DNA of 64,000 bases from Balanoglossus misakiensis (GCA_040954595.2 CM082591.2:10433309-10497308), one strand, 5' to 3'. Shown: positions 12,989-25,700, counted from the first letter of the stretch. Numbers and translations are program-made. Notes: generated by a model not told the origin, from the letters alone.

Positions 12989-15900
12989 CTATTCTATTGT
13001 AGCAATGTACTCCCTTACATCACTTAAAAGTTTAAGTAACCCATCTTTCTTATGTTCTTTTCTTAACTTGATGACAAACTTTTCTTTGTCAAAATTGCTT
13101 GGTACAACAGACAAAAGAGTGTTGATTTCATTTGTAATTTGCAGTTTTGTTTTGTTCTGATCTAATTCAAAGTATTCCCTTTCTGTTGGTGTTACGAAGA
13201 CTGGTAGAGGGGTTGGTCTTTTTGATGGGTATATTCCTGGCAAGAGGTATTCAGTTATCAAATCATGTTGGCGCTGCTTTGCTATGATTGGCAAACTTAA
13301 CAGTTCAAAATCTAATGGTTTGCCACAAACAGACAACAGCTTTCTGCCAAAAGTGGGCTTACAATAACTATTGCGGCGGAGTAGGATACGAAATTCTGTC
13401 AGTTCATTTTTGTATGTTGGGTATGTTCTTTGGCGTTTTTCAACATGGGGAAGTGACAGTGTAGTTGTGACAGCATTCCTCAAAGCCACCAATGTGTCAT
13501 AATTGGCTATAACCCGTTCCCAAGTTTTATAGTTTGGTTCTCCTCCAATCCATTTTTAACTTCTTTGTTATATTCTTCAAGGACAAAATCTGTTCCTTGA
13601 TGAGCTGTCACAGTGGGTGAACCAGACCTTGATATGCTTTCATACCTCTGAAGAATCTGATTAAGGTCATAAGGGTATCTAATCCTGTCAAATTCATCCC
13701 AACATTCGATGACCTGATATTTAGGGTGGTTTCTAGTAAACCATACAGGCATGAATAACCTCCTGCCTGTTCTGATCAAACAGCTGTTGTTACTCCTTAT
13801 ACCTTTCCTGAACAATTTCAACCCTAAACAGTGAGGTATAAGTTGATTCACAATCAACTGAAAGGTGTCATCATTACTGGTGTTAGCAAATGCCCACTCC
13901 AAAAACCTTTGAAATGATATTGACTCAGTATTATCAGTATCTTTGACATAGTTATACACAAGTTCATCAATTATACCATCACAGAATTTAAGGAAATTGT
14001 CAAATGCCTGATGGTGGTCCCCACAGCTTTTGAAGAACATGAGAGATTTCTCTGTCTTGTATCCTTGTGTTTTAGCAAACTCTTCATATAACACATCCCA
14101 ATATAATTCAATCAATGCTTTGAGCATATTCATTTCCTCATGACCCAACCCAGTCCTCAGAAGTACCCAGTCAAATTCCCCTGAACTCTCAGCAATGATT
14201 TTTCTGACCAACCCTGATGGTAATCCATCACAACGAACAATTGTCCACTCCCTTTTACCGTCAGGATTATAATATTTAATCCCTGCATGTCTACCAATTG
14301 ATCTAAGTACTTCCTTAACAGCCTCAATACTACTTGGATTGACAAACACAGGAGCAATCACTTGGATTTGAGGGATATTACATCTCTCTTTTGTGTTTTT
14401 TTCAATGGTGCTGTCACTTTCAAGAGAAGGGAAACTGTTATGGAAAACAAGGCTGCGAGATGTTGATTTTGACTTCTTTTCAACCCTTGTATTTAAGCTA
14501 TCCCCTTTTTCCTGTGCCTTTCTTTCTTTTGCTATCCATGTACCACATTTTTCACATTTTTTCTTTGATTTCAGATTTCTATAATTGCATTGAGGTACAG
14601 GGCAAATTTTATACTCTTCTTGTTCTTTCCTTTTCTCCAATTCATTTTCAATGAAATTAATGTCATCTGTTTTGTTCAATCTTTCAGTTAAATATTTATC
14701 AAATTCTCCATGGTATGCCGATATCATGTCTGTTGTAAGTTCACACAAACTCAAAGCTTCTTCATCACTAGGAACAGGAAAATTACTTGGCTTATAGTTC
14801 TCATCCTCTTGAATAGTTGAAAGGGGATCTAATTGTACACATATTGAATTAGTTAAAATCTCCAATACTTGTTTATTTTGATTACGTGACAGTCTTGTCT
14901 TCATTAATCTTTGCTCATTATCAAAACAATACTCTAACAAACCCTGTGGTGTATTACTCTCTGATTTCACTCCCATTTCTGTTAACATTGAATAAATAGT
15001 ATCATAACTCCCCCCAGGACAAATATGACCAACAATATCAATTACACTCTCACTTTGACAAATTGAATATATAACAGCTTCCACTGCACACACAAAATCA
15101 CTGATATAATTTAGGTTTCTAGCATTATAAATGGACTCAACAGCAAGAAATTTCTTAACTTTTTGTTTTTCGTTTGATTTTTTTGATACTGGCGATTTGT
15201 GGTGAGTAAATCCATTCACAGCAGCCACAACCACAGGATTTCTATTATTAACCAATTCATCTATATTTATATTAATTTGATTTTCAAGACTTCTAGATTG
15301 CTTATTTTGTTGCATCTCCACAGAATGGTCGAAAATAGCCTCACTCTCAAGCTCTGAGATCTTTTTAATTGCATCTATTCTTTTTCTTTGTGTATCAAAC
15401 TTATTTAGATTGGATGTTTTGAGTTCAAGTCTTTCTTTATTTGAACTTTCTATCTCCCTCTTCAGCCTCCTTATTTCCTTATCTTGTTCTTCTATCCTCT
15501 TTATTAAGTCAGCCATTCCACTGCACATGTGTTGAGGTGGATCCTAAGCAAAACACATCAAAGTAACCTTTGGTTAGATCCAAATACAACAGACAGACAG
15601 ACAGACTAGGCCAGATTGACACACAGGCAGAGCAAGAGACGGACAGCAAACATACTGAAAAAAATAGCAACATATTACAGCTACTTATACTATCCCATTT
15701 GATTCTAAATGTTTGCTGAAAGTATAGCTTTTTATAAGTAGAAAATGTGTGTGGGTATAGTAGGTGTGTTTATTTGCTACCGACTGAACAAGATATCAAA
15801 TATTTTTGCACAACACTTTTTACCTGCACATGAATTGCTCTAGTTTACCTGAACACACCTGAGCTATGTGAATGCGACTCACAGGCAGCAATTTACTGGA

Positions 15901-18042
15901 TAACAAAAACCTCTCACTGACTACTGGGTTTGTCCAGCCCAACTTCCTTAGCTTGGCTCAATCCAAAGGGTTACAGTCTAGCAATTGTATGTGAACTAGG
16001 TAATCATTTCAGTGTCAGCATACCTGTAGATTCTGCACTGAAGGTTCATATCCACTACCAGTAACATCAGCAGACTCTTGATGTTCCTATTATATTGAAA
16101 TAAATTCAAAAAGACATTTATACACAAATTATTTCATTTGTGAATTTAAATGGTTAGATTATTAGTTAGATTATTATGTATTCAGATATTTGTACAGATT
16201 TACAATACGTATGTATGTATGTATATATGTATGTATTTTATATGTACATCCTTTGCCATTTAATTATGTATTTCCATATATCGTCCAAGGAAATCATTTA
16301 TGCACTATCCCCACAGTCAGTGTTGGCCTGTAACAGGTGTGTGGAATGACCATGGTTGTAGTGGTGTCAACCTTGTTGGGAAGCCAGGAAAATCAGACCA
16401 TGGTTTTGTCCAACTCTAATTGTTCTCAATTGTTCTCAATGGACCTCTTTACAGGAAAATGGGGTGAAAGTGTTATGAGTTATGTACTTCAATAGGATAT
16501 ATATCTAACCTGTGGCATATTAGCAATCACACATGCTCGGGAAGAGTCTGCACTGCATGTCAATTGATTGCTAGGGGATACATCCACGCTACTGGTAGAA
16601 GGGATACTTCTGATGGACTCATCATTGTCAACACTAGTGCCACCAACTTTCTGTTTCCTTCCAACCTGGGAAAAATAATTGTCAAGTTTAATGTTCGCAT
16701 TACATATACTTCCTATCAAGTTCTCACTAGTCTAGACTAGTCACACGCTACATTGCATCATTGAGAGAGAGAAAACTTCTAACCTCCATCAGTCCACAAC
16801 AAAGTTTTTAAAGCCCCAAACACCTGGCACTTAACCATATTTTTAATCAATAAATTTTTTTAATTTTCTCTTTCATCTGTAGTTGACAAATGACACTATT
16901 TTGACTTTGTGGGGATTTTAATGACCATGTGCACATACCATGATAGTTGTGTACTCTTGCAATGGGCAGTTGAATACACGGGTGCGGCACTTGTTTATTA
17001 TTTAACTTGTACGTATATTCACATGTGCAGCCACAATCAGAAGTTGATTATATGTTTGTGTATACCCACCAGTTAACTCACTTAAATAAACCATTCTAAA
17101 TTTCGAAAATATAATCATGAAATTAATGCAAAAATTTGCAGCTATTGGGGCTTTAAGCACTTAGGGGTGGACTTGGCGCTTTGCTGTAAAATTACCTATG
17201 CATGCTATCACAGGCGTCAGATTCACATTGCTGTGATTGCTTGATTGAACCTGTAAATAAATAAACCTTATTTACAGGTTGAATCAAGCGATCACAGCAG
17301 TGTGACTCCGACGCCTGTGCATGTTATGATAGTGCCAGACAAAGAAGGCGAGAGCGGCTGCTGACAGACTTATTATTTGGCCCGGCCTGAACGAAAATAT
17401 GTGGGACGATTTTAATTGTGTTGTTGGGACGTCGACCTCGGCCGCTCGGTCCCTGGATCTGGAGGGACCGTGTAATTAGGATGTCGGGTGCAGGCGAGAC
17501 TTTCCCTGCTTGTTTCCTACTATCGTAGACCCTTTTTGACAATAACACAGAATGAAAGTTAATGTGTAAGGCAATGAAGGAAACAAACGTACGCAAGATA
17601 AAATCACTGCCTAAGATTGTATCTAGCCATGTTTACATTGTTGACAGGTCATCGGTCAAACACCGAAGGTCAACTTATCGCCCTCACGAGAGAAAAGAAA
17701 CAGTTCTTTTATTTTTCGGATACGTACCTGCACTGTTCGCCCGTGTCCCAGAGTTCCCGCATCACCAAAACGGGTAAATTCCCTCTTCGTCGGGGCTATT
17801 TCGATGCATTTCCTGCAGATTGTTGCGGTGCGGTGTACGCCAAGTCTAGAAAAAATGTTCCGGTACTCCTTTCTTACGTACTTGGCGATTTCTGGTCGTG
17901 TATTTGTCCCCCGGTTCCATTTTTCATGGAACGGGTTTTTACATTGCGGTGTTTTTTGCGTGACAACTAAAATTATTACTGTGATTAAAATAAAAGTGAT
18001 TGCAAACGCTGAAATAAAATAGACAACTTCCCTGGTGTGCAT
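12989..18042 (-). pseudogene. Spliced Academ-like (DUF6589-like) DDE transposase; one frameshift in the large exon, 5' exon disrupted or uncertain
   Basis: Phase-0 GT-AG exons 16665-16510, 16086-16024 and 15543-12989. Motifs FDNEQ, CDGLP, GLGHEEMN, FRKGIRSNN, WFTRNHPKY and GTDFVLEEYNK. One A is missing in a run near 13555 (corrected read EVKKWIGGEP...YDTLVAL). An N-terminal CKNPFH...ICRKC lies in 18042-17656. Confidence 0.78.
17209..17319. mobile_element. 111-bp palindromic MITE with 8-bp TSD
   Basis: About 52-bp inverted arms CACAGGCGTC...TGTAAATAA and TTATTTACA...GACGCCTGTG. Flanks are CATGCTAT and CATGTTAT. Confidence 0.7.
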
Positions 18043-18422
18043 GTTTGCTCAAAGCTAGCTGGTCGAGGGTTCGAAAATCTGTTTGAAAAGTGTCGTCTGC
18101 TCACTGACGATCGGTCGTCAAGGGCGACGTATGACGTCAATCGGGAATGCACAGCGCTGATCGTGAGTTACGTGACAGCTCCAGTATAGTATATTTTACT
18201 TTTGCATTTTCATAATTTTCTGAAGAAGACTGTAATTTTCACAGTTTATTTATTACGATGATGAAAAAATATTGCGAGGCTGCTGTGTTCATCACATGAG
18301 TGCAATGAAATTGCTAATACGATTGGCTCCATTTCTACTGTGTCCATAGAAACGTTCTATAATGAATATTCATTTATTCTAATTAATGTTTCCATATTTG
18401 GCGATCGGGGCGAGTGATATAG

Positions 18423-19919
18423 GTCGCAAGCAGCTTAAGAGAATGCTTGATGGTAACATTACCAAAAAGTTGATCGGTGGTGATACAATTTTGTACAATG
18501 GCAAAGAAGTTGTGGCTGACATAGTTGATCCAATAAAGAATGAAGTCCAGCTAACCACTGGTGAAGTGATTAAGGCTTCTGAGCTTAAATTGAAAGGTAT
18601 GCACTACAAGAAATAATTTGTTTAATTAAATACAATGCAGTCTCATCAGTTGCACATGAGTGAAAAACCTCTGAGGTAATTTTGTAATTACGTAGATATT
18701 ATGTACCTTGGAAAATAGGAGAAAGTTTATTGGAATATTTAAAAAGAATCATGATTGATTTGATTTCGCAATACTATTTCTAGTCAATTACTATGTAGGA
18801 TAATAGTCCACCATATTCTCAGTCATTTCCTAATTCCTGGTGTTTCTTTGACAACTTCAAGCATTGGATGGTGGTTCAGTCTGTTTGTAACTTTTGTAAC
18901 TTTTGAATACTGATAATACATTACCTCCAACATTAATCTTAATGAAGAGACAAACTTTCCTCAATGAGAGAATCAGCAATGGCAAATTATACTTTCTGAA
19001 AATGTAGACTTGCTTAGCAAACTAAGAGCTGTTATCATGTCTCATGTAAGTACATTTGTAATCTTTCCATACAGAAAGCTTAGTGCCTGAAAGTGTGGCT
19101 CAAAAAATGCCCAAGAAACGAAGAAGGCGCCAAGTGTCAACATGTGATGTGAATCAACAATCAAGTCAGGAGGCAAATCACAATTTCCAGGTTCGTTCTG
19201 ATGAGGGATGCATTCCAGTTGACCTACCTTTAGAAGTTTTTATAAATGCCAAAGGTGTGATCATAAGGTGTGGGTGCATTTATGCTGCATATGACATGGT
19301 TGTTGTATGTGTTCAAATGCATACCACTCAAAACGATCCTCAGTGCACATGTTGGCTTATATACAACACAGACATCAAACAGGACTGTATAATCATTTTA
19401 CCTGTTTCATCCCTGTCTAATACTACTTTCACATTAGATCATAGATGTAATTCTAAGAATCTTCTCAGCAAGATTAAATTGTCTGTATCGCAGTCTGTGA
19501 TCAGTGAAAACAGACATCCCTATACAGTGTTGGTAAGGAAACATCAACTTGCTTCCCAGATCCGTGTTGAGGTACAGAGTTGTCTTAGAAGCAAGTCACT
19601 TACAAGGACAGCCAACCTTGGCCTTTGCTTCCAACTTACCGATTTGGCAATCTTGAATCTGAAGGCAGAATGTAACTTTACCAACATTGTCAATTACAAA
19701 AAAAATCCCATCTCGAAATTGGATGATTTGTTAGGCAAATTTTGGGATGTCCTACCACGTGAAAGTTTCTTTAACTATGTGACGAGCCTAACAATTACCA
19801 AGATGGAAAACAACATGATAGCAGTGAAAATAAAGGGGGCAATCTGTCATAACACATACAATCAGGGCAACTACAGAGAGATAACAGCTTTAGATGTTTG
19901 TGGTAGAACTGGGGAATGA
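18423..19919 (+). CDS. 3' exons of a spliced gene of unknown function, disrupted upstream by the CAC-TIR transposon
   Basis: Exon 18423-18596 (GRKQLKRM...KLK, GTATG donor) splices in frame at CCATACAG to 19075-19919 (ESLVPESVAQKMPKKRRRR...). Its acceptor TTTTTCATATAG is rebuilt when the transposon is removed. Confidence 0.6.
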
Positions 19920-21355
19920 AGCTCTTAGAAAGTCGAACTGCTGTGTGTGATAATTGTACATTGTGTATAGCTTTGCTTCTTGCCACCCATAGTTCACTGT
20001 TATGGATTTAGATACCAGAGTAAATTAATTATTAAATTTTATGTTTTGCATGCTAACATGTGCCAAACTGAACTGATAATAGAATATTGAAATTTATCAA
20101 AACAAAAAACAAACAGCATTTCTGCATTGTAGCATGGCCCGGTAGATTCTTCAAGAATATCCTCCATTCCAAGATAAGACTATTAGTAGATTGTGATGTG
20201 ATTATTTGATATACCCACCCATTTTGAAAAAATAATTAAACGCAAAACATACAATTTAATTAAGTTACTCTAGCTTCAGTTGATTTTTATTTTGCCTGAG
20301 TTTTAAGAAGTGTTGCTGTACAAGAAATTAAGTAGATGTGGCCATAGTGATGTATTGCTTAAATGGTAATTTATAATAATTATGTCTAAAATTATTCACC
20401 TGAGAAATGAATGCAATTTTGAAAGTGGGAAATACAGTTGTGCAATTGATGCATTCCTGGAAATTTATGGAATGTTTCAGAAAAGTAAACATTTAAGAGA
20501 ACTAAATTCTGGCTTTCCCAAAGTTCTTAACAAAATGTGTAGGGCACGTCCATCAATATTAAGTAGGGCACAGCTGCGACAGATACGAAAAGAGGTGTGG
20601 GAGTGGCTGGTAGTGCACAGCCCTGTTTCATTTTACCCAATGGGAAGAATTGATGCTAAATGTTTAGAAGCATTCTGTCTATTAAACACACCTCAAAATT
20701 CATCAGTATTGGAATCTAAGTGTTCTGTTTCAATGATCTGTAGTCGCTGCAGATCACCACAAGGGTATGGCTCAAATGTTGGATGTATGAGTTTAACACA
20801 ATCATCAAATGTGAAATGTGGGGGCAACGTACCACAGATTGTTGAGGAAATCTCTAAAGAAAGGGCTGCATGTCTTACTAGAAGAAAATGCAGTTTTTGC
20901 AAAGAAAAATTGCTGTTGGAAAAAGCAGTTGTGGATTTGCCGTCGTTTTACATGTTAGAATTAGGTGTTCTTGATGGCAAAAATCAACAGAAGCCTGCAT
21001 TAAATGTGCCAGAAGAGTGCTCCATTTTTGGCACAAAATATTGTCTGTCAGGAGGAGTACAACTGCGGCCAGGACACTTTTGGGCAATTGTGAACACCAA
21101 GAACAAATTTTATGTTCTTAATGATTTGTGTCCTGTAGTCCAATCATACAACACATTTTCATGGGCAGTTCATGCTGACAAATCTTTGTCTTCTCTGACA
21201 CACACAACTAGTGAACACCATGCTCCTCTACAGGTCTTAGTGTATCAAAAAATCTGTGGCAATGGTAGTGTTGACATCACTTCACAGATAAAAGTGCCAC
21301 CATCGAGAAAATATATTGGTGGTAGTATGGTAGAGAGAAATGTCATATGTGACAT

Positions 21356-22035
21356 TGGAACAATGTCCAATTCTGTTTCTGTCTCAGGTGAGACGTGGGG
21401 CTCTGGAACAATGTCCAATTCTGTTTCTGTCTCAGGTGAGATGTGTGACTTTAGAACAATGTCCAATTCTGTTTCTGTCTCAGGTGAGACGTGTGACTTT
21501 AGAACAATGTCCAATTCTGTTTCTGTCTCAGGTGAGACGTGGGGCTCTGGAACAATGTCCAATTCTGTTTCTGTCTCAGGTGAGACGTGTGACTTTAGAA
21601 CAATGTCCAATTCTGTTTCTGTCTCAGGTGAGACGTGGGGCTCTGGAACAATGTCCAATTCTGTTTCTGTCTCAGGTGAGACGTGTGACTTTAGAACAGG
21701 GTCCAATTCCGTTTCTGTCTCAGGTGAGACGTGGGGCTCTGGAACAATGTCCAATTCTGTTTCTGTCTCAGGTGAGATGTGTGACTTTAGAACAATGTCC
21801 AATTCTGTTTCTGTCTCAGGTGAGATGTGTGACTTTAAAACAATGTCCAATTCTGTTTCTGTCTCAGGTGAGACGTGGGGCTCTGGAACAATGTCCAATT
21901 CTGTTTCTGTCTCAGGTGAGACGTGTGACTTTAGAACAGGGTCCAATTCTGTTTCTGTCTCAGGTGAGACGTGGGGCTCTGGATCAATGTCCAATTCTGT
22001 TTCTGTCTCAGGTGAGACGTGTGACTTGAGAACAG
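21356..22035 (+). repeat. In-frame 48-bp minisatellite, about 14 copies (16-aa unit TMSNSVSVSGE-TWGSG/-TCDFR)
   Basis: Directly visible; two unit variants are interspersed. Confidence 0.95.
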
Positions 22036-22127
22036 GGTCCCATTCTGACACAAATTCAGGGGATGTGGAGGGGGAACTACCAATGAAAAAACAGTGTGAT
22101 AACAATTTCTTCCTAACTAATGGTTAA

Positions 22128-22783
22128 ATAATAACACATGATAGCAAGGGCAATATCACGATTTGAAGCCTGCACGAGGGATGGTGATCTCTGACCATAA
22201 TATTGATGATGCCCGAGCCGCAGGCGAGGGTATCATCAATATTGTGGTCAGAGATCACCAGCCCGAGGGCAGGCTTCAAATCGTGATGTTGCCCTTGCTA
22301 TCATGTGTTATTAATTTTATTACGCCGAACATTTGAACGTACATACAAGGCAGGCATAGAAGAACGTAGACGCGCGTCCATATGTCGTACGTTGCTGAGA
22401 ATGTAAAATGTCTCGATCTCCCAAGAATTATACGATACCTACTTCGAACTTAGATTATTTTGAAAATACTGCACTGTTGGTTGCGATTTTGTTGTATTTA
22501 CTGTCCGTTTGTGGTAAAATATCGTCCAGTTGAACAGGTGTTAAGCCTATGTGTCGCTTTGAAGCCATAGATGCGGGAGTTGACTGATCGTGGAGGAAGC
22601 CATTGAACGACAGTTTGGAACGCGCAGAAGTCGCGCGCAGAACACAAAACAACCCAGCGGGCAATATCAGCGCACGCGACAGGGCTTTATCAACTCTAGC
22701 CATGTTATATCACTTTTTTTTCTATATCACGTGAGCGCGTCTCAGCCAATCACGAATATGGTATAATACGTGAGGTGTAATAA
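22128..22783. mobile_element. Non-autonomous insertion with a terminal hairpin of about 185 bp
   Basis: 22129-22313 folds back on itself (TAATAACACATGATAGCAAGGGCAA...TTGCCCTTGCTATCATGTGTTATTA). TTATTACGCC (about 22317) pairs with GGTGTAATAA (about 22774-22783). It is CpG-rich and interrupts the long ORF. Confidence 0.75.
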
Positions 22784-25700
22784 TATATATTATGAATCCA
22801 CTGGAAACTTCTCATATATCTGCACCTGTGTTTTTGACTTTGTTGGTAGTCATTTTCATATGAAAAAAAAAGGATATACGAAATTTAACCGTTTTCTTGT
22901 AAACTGTGGTATAGATCCCTCTGCTAGCTATAAGGAAGCATCACACAAATGCAGTTGCAAGCGTAAAAAATTAATCAAAACAACAGCAGCAGAGGTAATT
23001 GTATCAACAACCAAAAGTGGTAATACTGTAAAAAAGGCACTGGTTCTGAATGAGTTAAAAAACCTTAACCATTTTAAAGATGCAACCATGGTCACTCCAC
23101 ACCGTGATGCAACTCACCAAATTTTGAAGGCAGGATAAATTCAAATCTTGGGACACACAATCAAATACATTCTTACAGATGATATATATCTGGAGGTGTC
23201 AAGCAGTTTTAGGGTAGCTGGTCTTCTTTCACACTTAAGAAAAGAAGGCTATATATATATAGACAAGTGCCTGCAGACAAATCAGTGCAGTCTGCATGAC
23301 AGCTACACTCAAGATAGAAAATATATAAGATTGCCAGCACTAAATGTCATTCTTACCAAATTTAAGGGGGGTAAAAAGAAAGTAAAACAGTCTTTAAAAA
23401 AGGAACCGGCATCCCTTTTTGAACAAGAAACAATAACTTGTTTGAGTTTCCGGGATAAACTGAATACACCTGTACGCAAAGCAGTTAATGAAGCATCTAA
23501 TGTCACCTTGGAAACTCCATGTACTCTGTCAAACAGAAAAAAAGAACACAAAGGTCAGGCGAAAATTTGGTTTTGTGTTAAATACAAAGCGGAATCTTGC
23601 CAGTCAACTGTCTGATACATTCAGAAAATGTGCTGTACAGCACTTAAACAAGAGCAGAAATAAGTTTGTAAAAGTCTTGTCCCATCTACTGTCCAATCAA
23701 AGAAAGGCAAAGGCCGATACATTTGATGGTTATTTAACGACAGATGATGTTGTGTCATTAATTAGTCAGTCAAGGTTATTGAATCAAAAAGATGTTTTTA
23801 AGCGACTTATTTCAGAACAGGAGTGCACTTCAATTTTTCCTATGTGTGAAGCAGACTGTGTCAACTTGGAGGAAAATTTCTCAGGTGCCAGACTAACAGA
23901 AGAACTAAGAAAATTTATTCCTGGTGTCCTGCCAAGTAGTAGAAAGGTTACTGAATTTAGGGCAAACAGAAAACTAGAATTCCAAGCTGTTTTGTTGCCC
24001 AGACGCACTGCAACAGGATGGTATATTGATCCAGAGCGGTTGTTTCAAGTTCTGCAATTCAAGTATTGTTTCTTGGAACAAGAACAAATTCAGCATTGGA
24101 AAATTTATGGGGATGGGCGAGAGATAGGGGGAGGATGAGTACATTTGTGTCATTAAATTGTTTATCTCATGAGCTTGTATTACACAAATTAAGCTATCAC
24201 AGTACAAAAGAAGTCTGGCCAGTACACATCTTTTATGAGAGTGACTCCAGAGACAATCTGGAAGAGAATCTGGGGTTATCTGGGCCTTTGGATCAATTTG
24301 TTGAGAAAATGACAAGAAAAAACTGTAAGTTTTACTTGTCAGGGGATGAAATGTTCCTGGAAGCTATCCTTGATGACGAAAATTTGAGTCCCACATCCGA
24401 TACAGGGTGGAATATATACGTGGAGGCCAACCGGGAGTCTAAAAAACTCACTTGTCCCAGATCAGGGCTCAGAACTGATCTTTGTCCAGAAATGGCAAGG
24501 TCACATCCTCGGTCTTTGTTGGGGAGTGTGCCTATCGGTAGAGTGGTGCTTTGTACTCTGCATGGTATGGCACGATGTGTGGAGAAATTGCTTCAGTTAG
24601 AAGTAACAAATATTTTGTCTGAGGGTAATAAGGCTGAGCAAAGTGGTGGCAATGCAAACCAATTTGTTCAGGACAAAATAACTGCATTGGAGCAAAGCAT
24701 ATCACTAAGGGGAGTGCGTCATGGAAGTTTTCAGATTTTGTTTAATTCCAAAGGTGAGCCAGAGCCCATCACTTTAAATTGTGACCATGCTCTTGCGATA
24801 ATCAGTCCACCACCAGAAGGAGAAGAGCATTCATTTCCCCATCCTCTTGAAGGTGTTGTCCCTAACAATGTTTATCAGTTATCAATATCACAAACAATTA
24901 AGACATTGTTAGGCCTGGACACTCTATGTACAGAGTTGGAGGTGGTCAAATTGATTTGGTTGAGTTTTTACAACATGACTCAAATAATTAATGAAAACAA
25001 AACACCTGCTCTAAAAACAGGTAGACCAGAAGGCTCCACTAAGTCTGAGGATTATTGTTTTTCTCATACAGCTGATGAAATTTCTAGATATAAGCTCAAT
25101 GCAGAAATATTTTATCAGTTGTTCAAAAGTCGGTATGGCTATCCAGCACTTACTCCATATATGATGATATTGATGTGGTGCCACAATTTATGAAAACCTT
25201 GCCTTTCCCCGTTGGCCGATTTCAGTCCCAGGGAGGGGAACATACCAATTATCAGCATGCCCGTTACTATTTTCAGCATTCGACCAGACATGGGGGAGCA
25301 CAGAAACAAGACCCAATTTTGTCACAGTTATTTCACATGTGGAAGGATCTGAGGTACTACATGAATTCTCTCAAGGAAAAGGGCAATGGGGATGGGAAAA
25401 AGGGAGCAGAGCTGTTTGACAAATTTTGTAGAGAACATTCAGCAGCCATCCTTATTCAAAAAGTATATCGAGGATATTATACTCGAAAGAAATTATCCAC
25501 ACATCCTACTGAAATAGACCCTGTAAAAAATGATAAAAGTGTTAGTAATGGCCTTTTCCATAAGATGACATTTGTGTGTGTTGGTGCTGTGCCAAAATAT
25601 CGCAATAAAAAAATGAGCCAGGAACAAATTAAACAACTTATAGTACATAATGGTGGACGGGTTAGAAAAAACTGCCCTCTGGAAGTACTAAGGGAAGATC

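Larger units (their letters stand above)
10904..18416. mobile_element. Complete 7.5-kb DNA transposon: 27-bp perfect TIRs, HIRAN gene plus Academ-like transposase
   Basis: CACTCGCCCCGATCGCCAAATATGGAA at 10904-10930 and its exact reverse complement at 18390-18416. ATATA lies on both flanks (10899-10903 and 18417-18421). Confidence 0.93.

Noticed and set aside
15588-16235. (AGAC)n and (GTAT)n microsatellites
   Set aside because: Short, ordinary intronic simple repeats.
18386-18616. 76-aa ORF as an independent gene
   Set aside because: Its first codons come from the transposon TIR; the rest is an internal exon of the interrupted gene.
21245-22105. Antisense and alternative-frame ORFs over the 48-bp repeat
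   Set aside because: They are shadow frames of a 3n repeat; only the 20382 frame extends into unique coding sequence.
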